Of a DNA stretch of 64,000 bases, positions 57,722 to 64,000 are shown one piece after another; the stretch's first letter is position 1; each line of letters starts with the position of its first letter. Source of the stretch: a bacterium (GTDB lineage Bacteria > Fidelibacterota > Fidelibacteria > Fidelibacterales > Fidelibacteraceae); contig OY781066.1 of NCBI GenBank assembly GCA_963676395.1, positions 992,001-1,056,000 on the forward strand, in the 5' to 3' direction. The position numbers and the translations under genes are program-made. The notes under the pieces were generated by a model. The model had not been told where the DNA came from. It searched no databases and was given only the letters and a program-made list of their open reading frames with translations.

Positions 57722-58582
57722 TTAATAAATCGATAAGCCCATAGTAAAACTTGAGGTTGCCAAGTAATTCTCGCCATAACGCTGATTACTTTCACTCCAA
57801 TTTCTATCAGGATATTGCGATTCACCTTTTGAAGTGCCTCCAAGAAATCTCAGATTGGCAAAAACATCCAAACCGGGAATAAGTGTATATCCTGCCCTTA
57901 AAGACGCATCAAGCAGTGAGCCTTCAAACGCAAAACTTGCTCCATTAATGATAGCGGATGATGCATATAATCCGGTCACATCAAAACCAAGAAATGCTCC
58001 CTTTTTAAAATTGTATCGACCACTGACATGTAATGAAGGTACGGGACCCACATTGTTGGCAACTGTCATTTTTTCACCATCTAATGCCTTAAATACTATA
58101 TTGGCATTACGAGCCTGTAATGCAACGCCGGCCGCAATATTTAACCTTTCATTATTCACAAAAGCGTAAGAATAAGTAACCCTGTAAAAAGGGAAACCAT
58201 ACTTAAGTTCCATAGGTGTTCCCGCTGTAAAGGTTATACTATCCATCATAACATCTTCTTTAAATGTTACGTTGCTAATAATTGTCAAAGGTTGATATAG
58301 CAGAGATACCTTATGTTTTTTATTAATTTCCACATTTGCATTGTAGCGATCAAATGGAAACAAAATATCCTGTCCACCTTGTTTTACAAAATCAAAACGT
58401 GTGGCTCCTTCTTCTGTTCTACCTGTTTGAAAGGTGTGGCTTAACACACCAAGCAGACCCGTTTCTATATCAAAAGATATTGTCACATTCTTGTCTGAGT
58501 TATTAATCAATGTCTTTTCAGATGCCATGCCAAATGAAAAGATCAGAACCAAACTCAAAAATATTTTAACAAAATTCTTCAT
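57722..58582 (-). CDS. Putative outer-membrane beta-barrel protein (paralogue 2)
   Basis: Signal peptide, alternating strands, terminal aromatic residue (GLSIY). Confidence 0.7.
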   Translation of the reverse strand: MKNFVKIFLSLVLIFSFGMASEKTLINNSDKNVTISFDIETGLLGVLSHTFQTGRTEEGATRFDFVKQGGQDILFPFDRYNANVEINKKHKVSLLYQPLTIISNVTFKEDVMMDSITFTAGTPMELKYGFPFYRVTYSYAFVNNERLNIAAGVALQARNANIVFKALDGEKMTVANNVGPVPSLHVSGRYNFKKGAFLGFDVTGLYASSAIINGASFAFEGSLLDASLRAGYTLIPGLDVFANLRFLGGTSKGESQYPDRNWSESNQRYGENYLATSSFTMGLSIY

Positions 58583-58597
58583 ATTATCCTCCGTTCA

Positions 58598-59455
58598 TTA
58601 ATATATGCTTATACCGATAGTAAAGGATGATGTAGATAATACATTTGATGTATAAGATTCTGTAGCTTCGGTCCAAGTCCGTTCAATATATTCCGAATCA
58701 CCTTTCGCAGTACCTCCAAGAAATCTTAGATTTGCAAATACATCTAAGCCTTTACGCAAAGGATAGCCTACTCTGAAAGAAGCATCCAAGATTGATCCTT
58801 CAAAAGAGAATGTTGCACCATTAATAAGCGCCGATGATGCGTATAAACCGGTAGCATCAAGACTTAGATATAAACCATTATCAAAGTCATATCGCCCAAA
58901 TAGGTTGATTGCCGGAACGGGACCAACATTCTGACTGACCTCCATTTGATCGCCGGAAACTTCTTTAAATACAATGGATGCGTTTCTTGCTTGCAAAGCC
59001 AAACCGGCGGCCAATTCGAGATTTTCATTATTTAAAAATAAATATGAATATGTAAACCTGTAAAATGGAAATCCATATTTAATCTCCATCGGCGTGCCAT
59101 CAGCAAAAACCGTTCCATCAATCTGTACATCATCTTTAAAGGTAACATTGCTTATGATCTCAAGAGGTTGATATAAGAAAGACAATTTATGCTTATCGTT
59201 TATTTTCAATCCTGCTACATAGCGATCAAAAGGATATAAGTTATCCTGACCGCCTTGAGTAACAAAATCAAAAGAAGTTGCCCCATCAACTGTACTACCA
59301 GATTGGTAAGTATGTGCTAAAACACCAACTAAACCCGTTTCAACTTCAAAGTTGAATTTCACCTTTGAACCGGAGGTGTTGATCAATGAGTTTTCTGCAA
59401 AGAGGGGAAAGGTTAACAGTGAGAGAGCCATACCAAGAATGATTAATCGTTTCAT
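58598..59455 (-). CDS. Putative outer-membrane beta-barrel protein (paralogue 1)
   Basis: Collinear with the neighbour (FDFV.QGGQD, YGFPFYR, ANLRFLGGT); ends GISIY. Confidence 0.7.
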   Translation of the reverse strand: MKRLIILGMALSLLTFPLFAENSLINTSGSKVKFNFEVETGLVGVLAHTYQSGSTVDGATSFDFVTQGGQDNLYPFDRYVAGLKINDKHKLSFLYQPLEIISNVTFKDDVQIDGTVFADGTPMEIKYGFPFYRFTYSYLFLNNENLELAAGLALQARNASIVFKEVSGDQMEVSQNVGPVPAINLFGRYDFDNGLYLSLDATGLYASSALINGATFSFEGSILDASFRVGYPLRKGLDVFANLRFLGGTAKGDSEYIERTWTEATESYTSNVLSTSSFTIGISIY

Positions 59456-59694
59456 ACTTCGCTCCTTTTTTAATGTATTGTTATAATTAACAATCACTTA
59501 TAAAGAATATTTTTCCACTCGTGTTCCCGAATAATAACAATATACACTATTTTGTTAATTTAATGTTATTATTTTTACCAAAGTGACTGATATTCATTTT
59601 ATTGAGTTTTCCCGCATTCACCAAAATTGTTGTCATTGAGTAGATCAACAAGTATATTGAAGTATAAAAAATATAGTTATTCCAGGAAGTCAAC

Positions 59695-60543
59695 ATGAAG
59701 TATCTCATTAGCTTATTATCACTCTTTTTTCTTACATCCTGTTCGCCGGAATATAAACCTGAAAAAGACCTCTCCTTATATGAGTTAAAAAGCAAAGTCA
59801 ACCATGTCAGCATCTATCACTTCAAAGCCTATGAAGAAAACAGCGAAATAAAAAAAGGCAAGAAAGATCTTAGCGGAGAGCAAGATAAAACTATTTCCTT
59901 TAACAAAAAGGGATTTATTACGCAAATTTACTTTTACGGACAAAGTGACAGTTTAGATACCAAAGTAATTCGAGAGCTTGACGACAAAGGAAATTGTTTA
60001 AAAGAATTAAAATATAATGCCAACGAACAACTCATCGGCGAATGGAATATGACATATGATGAACGTGGTCGTAAAATCCAAAAAGGACGACTTTTAAATA
60101 ACGGTAATATATTCAATTATGCTTTCTTTCATTATGACGATAAAAACAGATTGATCTCAAGAAAAGATTTTTTATATCTGGATTCTCAGCTATATGATTC
60201 TCTTGTATGGACCTATGATAAACGGGATCGTCAAGTCACAGAAGAAAGGTATGGATACCGTGGTAAAACAAGCATGACGAAATTATCATATATCGGTCAA
60301 AGCGAATTAGCAGATTCATTATTTCTATATGACAATAAGGGGGATCTTGCAAATATTATTTTGATAGAATACAATAAACAGGGGCACATGACTAAAGCTA
60401 TTCAATATAATGCCGACACCATCCTTATCGCCAACGTAGAAATCGATTACAAATACGACTCTAAAAAGAACTGGATTAAAAAAACTCAATTCTTTAATCA
60501 GAAAGCTCAACAAATCATTGAACGCAAAATTATTTATTATTAA
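59695..60543 (+). CDS. Lipoprotein with YD-like repeats
   Basis: LTSC lipobox; repeated YD..G/N motifs, YDSKKNWIK, ER.I.YY. Confidence 0.75.
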   Translation: MKYLISLLSLFFLTSCSPEYKPEKDLSLYELKSKVNHVSIYHFKAYEENSEIKKGKKDLSGEQDKTISFNKKGFITQIYFYGQSDSLDTKVIRELDDKGNCLKELKYNANEQLIGEWNMTYDERGRKIQKGRLLNNGNIFNYAFFHYDDKNRLISRKDFLYLDSQLYDSLVWTYDKRDRQVTEERYGYRGKTSMTKLSYIGQSELADSLFLYDNKGDLANIILIEYNKQGHMTKAIQYNADTILIANVEIDYKYDSKKNWIKKTQFFNQKAQQIIERKIIYY

Positions 60544-60558
60544 AGCAAAGGAGATAAA

Positions 60559-60768
60559 ATGAACTCAAAATTATTAAAGATCATTAATCCATTAATGGGT
60601 CTTGCCTTATTTACTGTAATCGTGGTTTTAGCGATCATGAAATTCGGTGAAGTCAGCAAAACACTCGTAGAGATACATGAAATTGCAGGTTACTCATTTA
60701 TTGCCTTAATCCTCATCCATATTTTTCTTAATAGAAAATGGTACAAATCTCTTTTTAAGAAAAAATAA
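60559..60768 (+). CDS. Small membrane protein (DUF4405-like)
   Basis: IHE..G......IHI.LN..W; AAGGAG RBS. Confidence 0.75.
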   Translation: MNSKLLKIINPLMGLALFTVIVVLAIMKFGEVSKTLVEIHEIAGYSFIALILIHIFLNRKWYKSLFKKK

Positions 60769-60833
60769 AATGTTTTCGGGAACTCCAAACTAAAATCCGC
60801 TTATACAGCTGATACACAAAGGAGGAGTACGTC

Positions 60834-61874
60834 ATGAAGAAGATAGCATTTTTTGATACCAAACCTTATGACAAGCGTTCATTCGAAGAAGTAAATAAAA
60901 ACTTTGGATTTGAAATTAAATATTTCAAGGCGCATTTGCGCGAAGAAACACTTGAATTAACAAAAGGCTTCGATGTCGTATGCGCTTTTGTAAATGATGA
61001 GATCACTGAACCGGTTTTGAATTATCTAAAAAATCATGGAATTGAGCTCATTGCTATGCGCTGTGCGGGTTATAATAACGTCGACCTAAAGGCGGCATAC
61101 AATAATGTTCATGTCATGCGTGTACCTTCCTACTCTCCATATTCTGTAGCTGAACATGCGGCAGCTTTAATTTTGGCATTAAACCGAAAAACACATCGAG
61201 CCTTCTATCGAACCAGAGATAACAACTTTTCAATTGACGGATTAATGGGATTTGATCTTTATCAAAAAACAGCCGGCGTTATTGGAACGGGCAAAATTGG
61301 TCGTATTATGATTGACATTCTTAATGGTTTTGGCATGAAGGTGTTGGCTTATGATCTATACCCCAACGAAGACCATGCAAAAAAACACAATTTTGAATTC
61401 ACAAACCTTGATACCTTATACAAAGAATCAGATGTCATCTCCCTACATTGTCCATTAACACCGGAAACCCATTATTTGATCAACGACGATGCTATTAAGC
61501 AAATGAAAGACGGGGTCCTACTTATTAATACCGGGCGCGGACAACTTATCAATACTAAATCATTGATACATGGCCTTAAATCAGGAAAGATTGGCGGTGC
61601 CGGTCTTGATGTGTATGAAGAAGAAGCCGATTACTTTTTTGAAGATTTTTCTTCTTCAACGATCTCAGATGACATTCTTGCAAGATTAATGACATTCCCA
61701 AACGTTCTCATCACTTCTCATCAGGGATTTTTTACCAAAGAAGCACTGCATAATATCGCAGAAACAAGCCTTCAAAACATCAAAGACTTCTTTGAAGATA
61801 AACCCCTCCATAATGAAATTTGCTACAAACGAGATGGAAATTGTGTAAAACCCGGAAAAAACCGCTGTTTTTAA
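60834..61874 (+). CDS. ldhA: D-lactate dehydrogenase (D-2-hydroxyacid dehydrogenase)
   Basis: RCAGYNNVD, YSPYSVAEHA, GTGKIG, SLHCPL, LDVYEEE, TSHQGF. Confidence 0.88.
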   Translation: MKKIAFFDTKPYDKRSFEEVNKNFGFEIKYFKAHLREETLELTKGFDVVCAFVNDEITEPVLNYLKNHGIELIAMRCAGYNNVDLKAAYNNVHVMRVPSYSPYSVAEHAAALILALNRKTHRAFYRTRDNNFSIDGLMGFDLYQKTAGVIGTGKIGRIMIDILNGFGMKVLAYDLYPNEDHAKKHNFEFTNLDTLYKESDVISLHCPLTPETHYLINDDAIKQMKDGVLLINTGRGQLINTKSLIHGLKSGKIGGAGLDVYEEEADYFFEDFSSSTISDDILARLMTFPNVLITSHQGFFTKEALHNIAETSLQNIKDFFEDKPLHNEICYKRDGNCVKPGKNRCF

Positions 61875-62158
61875 GTCAGAAAACACTTCTCCATTATAGA
61901 ATCTAAAACAGTAATCGAAATTCAATATTCGAAATTAACTGAGAAGGTTGAACATTTTTCTGCGAAAATGCTATGTAAAGACAGGTATCCCATCACCGCT
62001 TATGACTTTTTTCCTAAATTTCCAACACTCTCCTCTTTGCTAATGCCGTAGAAAAGCAGACAATTTATAATTCGTAATTATTTTTTTCTTAAAATTGTTT
62101 CTTGTCTCTTGACATTGTAAGTAGTATTTTACTGTTTAGAATTTTTTAGGAGTAAATT

Positions 62159-62878
62159 ATGAACAAGCATTTTGAGATTATTATTCTCATGGGACGCCCC
62201 GCAGCGGGAAAATCAGAAGTAATTGATTATTTAAAGAAAACACCGGTTAATGAACGCCTGGATCGCTTTCATGTTAACAATTTTGAGGAAATTGATGATT
62301 TCCCAATGTTGTGGACTTGGTTTGAAGAAGATGCCATTCTTGAAAAGATCATGAACAAACCTCGTGTCCATTCCGATTCAGATGGTTATTTTCTACACGA
62401 CTATCAATGGAATCTTTTGATCGAGCGAATTTCTTTTGAATATCAAAAGAAATTACGTGACGAAGAATATGCAGAAAACACAACAACTATTCTTGAATTC
62501 AGCCGTGGCTCTGAACATGGCGGCTATGAATCAGCTTTCCAATCTTTGTCTGAAGACATTCTTAAAAAAGCATGTATCCTTTACATAGACGTTCCCTATG
62601 AAGAATCACTTCGTAAAAATCGTCGTCGTTTTAACCCTGATCGCCCCGATTCAATTTTGGAACACGGTTTACCCGATGAAAAAGTTGAACGACTTTACAA
62701 AGAGATAGACTGGGAAACATTTAAAGGTGATGATCCCGAATTTATCCATTTTGGTGACCACAAAGTTCCCTATGTTGTTTTAAATAACATGCCGGAAGTA
62801 ACGATCTATCCAGAAAAACTAGGTCCTGCTCTCGAAGAACTGTTTACTAAACTTTGGGATATTAAAAACAAAAAATAA
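62159..62878 (+). CDS. P-loop kinase-like protein
   Basis: GRPAAGKSE Walker A; NMP-kinase-like layout. Confidence 0.65.
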   Translation: MNKHFEIIILMGRPAAGKSEVIDYLKKTPVNERLDRFHVNNFEEIDDFPMLWTWFEEDAILEKIMNKPRVHSDSDGYFLHDYQWNLLIERISFEYQKKLRDEEYAENTTTILEFSRGSEHGGYESAFQSLSEDILKKACILYIDVPYEESLRKNRRRFNPDRPDSILEHGLPDEKVERLYKEIDWETFKGDDPEFIHFGDHKVPYVVLNNMPEVTIYPEKLGPALEELFTKLWDIKNKK

Positions 62879-62888
62879 CGAGGTAATT

Positions 62889-63926
62889 TTGGGTAAATCA
62901 AAATTCGCACAATTCTTATCAAACAACAGTATATGGGGCTTTGCTTTTGGTTATTTTGCTTGCTACGTCCCTTACAGTTTGCTTACAAAGATCATGAGCA
63001 AAGGGTTGCTCCCATCTTTAGATGGTCATGGGCTTGCAGGCTTCTCCATTCTACCTGTAACGGCTATTGCAACACTTCTTACGATGATTATCGTCATCTC
63101 TGTTTTGGGTTGGTGGAAGTATGCCAAACATTCAACAGTGTTTGGTATCTCAATACCTCATCCCACAAAGTGGACATTACTATCAGGTATTTTCACATCT
63201 CTGATCATTGGTACTACCACACTCGCTTATACCTTTGAAGGTGTCAGTATTGTATTTGCCATGCTTCTAATGCGTGGTGGTGTATTAATTATTGCTCCCA
63301 TTGTTGATACATTGACAAAACGTCATGTTAGATGGTTCTCATGGATTGGTCTTTTAGGTGCATTATGTGCGCTTCTTGTGGGAATTGCCGGAACAAAAGA
63401 TTTTAACATTCCTGTTATGCTTGCTGCTGTTATCGCAGTATATCTTTTCTCATACTTCATGCGTTTTCAGTTTATGAGCAAGAATGCTAAATCTGATAAA
63501 AAAGAAGTAAATCTTAGATACTTTGTTGAAGAACAAATGGTTTCCACTCCTGTTCTTGTGATCTTCCTCGCCTTAATGACTTTGCTTAAAGGTGATGTTG
63601 GAGAAGCACTTAGAATGGGTTGGACAATACACTGGGGACAGCCTTATCTATGGGCACTATTGCTGATAGGTATGCTTTCGCAAGGAACCGGTTTCTTTGG
63701 AACTTTGGTATTTCTTGATAAATCAGAAAATGCTTACTGCATACCCGTCAACCGTTCCTCAAGTATTCTTGCCGGTGTTATTGCATCGTTTCTATTGTCA
63801 CTCTTTCCCAATCAGAGCATGCCGGGCACGTCTCAGTTGATTGGAGCAGGTATTATTATTATATCTATCCTCTTCCTGACTATCCCACCTGTTCTTCAGG
63901 CAAGAAAAGACAAAGCAAAGGTGTAA
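62889..63926 (+). CDS. Multi-pass membrane protein (DMT/EamA-like)
   Basis: About 10 TM helices; TTG start with GAGG RBS. Confidence 0.65.
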   Translation: MGKSKFAQFLSNNSIWGFAFGYFACYVPYSLLTKIMSKGLLPSLDGHGLAGFSILPVTAIATLLTMIIVISVLGWWKYAKHSTVFGISIPHPTKWTLLSGIFTSLIIGTTTLAYTFEGVSIVFAMLLMRGGVLIIAPIVDTLTKRHVRWFSWIGLLGALCALLVGIAGTKDFNIPVMLAAVIAVYLFSYFMRFQFMSKNAKSDKKEVNLRYFVEEQMVSTPVLVIFLALMTLLKGDVGEALRMGWTIHWGQPYLWALLLIGMLSQGTGFFGTLVFLDKSENAYCIPVNRSSSILAGVIASFLLSLFPNQSMPGTSQLIGAGIIIISILFLTIPPVLQARKDKAKV

Positions 63927-63944
63927 TTAAAAACCTAATATATT

Positions 63945-63974
63945 AAGCCCCGGAAATCAATCCGGGGCTTTTTT
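63945..63974 (+). terminator. Rho-independent terminator
   Basis: AAGCCCCGGA-aatcaa-TCCGGGGCTT followed by a T-tract. Confidence 0.85.
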
Positions 63975-64000
63975 GTTTATCATATTGCACCTCCAACAAA

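Noticed and set aside
2088..63238. Many 60-200-aa ORFs overlapping ileS, fic, citF/E, the kinase, dnaE, comM and others
   Set aside because: Antisense or out-of-frame shadows of well-supported genes

Overview
Chromosomal window from a Gram-negative bacterium, probably FCB-group (inferred from gene repertoire and order). Housekeeping genes are ileS-dksA, citDE/citF, dnaE, manC, galE, comM/yifB, ldhA and zupT, with many lipoproteins and outer-membrane proteins. An AT-rich accessory/defence island of about 15 kb (5.4-21.3 kb) is built from co-oriented modules separated by repeated promoter blocks, CRP-like boxes, heptamer stutter repeats and REP-like palindromes. It carries a Fic protein, a ZorE-like HNH nuclease, an Abi/HEPN/Cas2-like cluster and an ABC-three-component (Lamassu-like) system. 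The best candidate for an undescribed system is at 16035-19368. The LmuA-position protein has no enzymatic effector domain and starts with KQLNINKNFGEI, while the small Bell/HeLo-like protein just upstream ends in KQININKNFGDI. This suggests a Lamassu sensor wired to a separate effector through an amyloid-type signalling motif. Other highlights are an IleRS with a GVHH signature motif and a structured uORF leader in front of a GNAT-RNHCP operon. No tRNA, rRNA, CRISPR array, integrase or transposase was recognised. All family assignments are by eye, not from searches.
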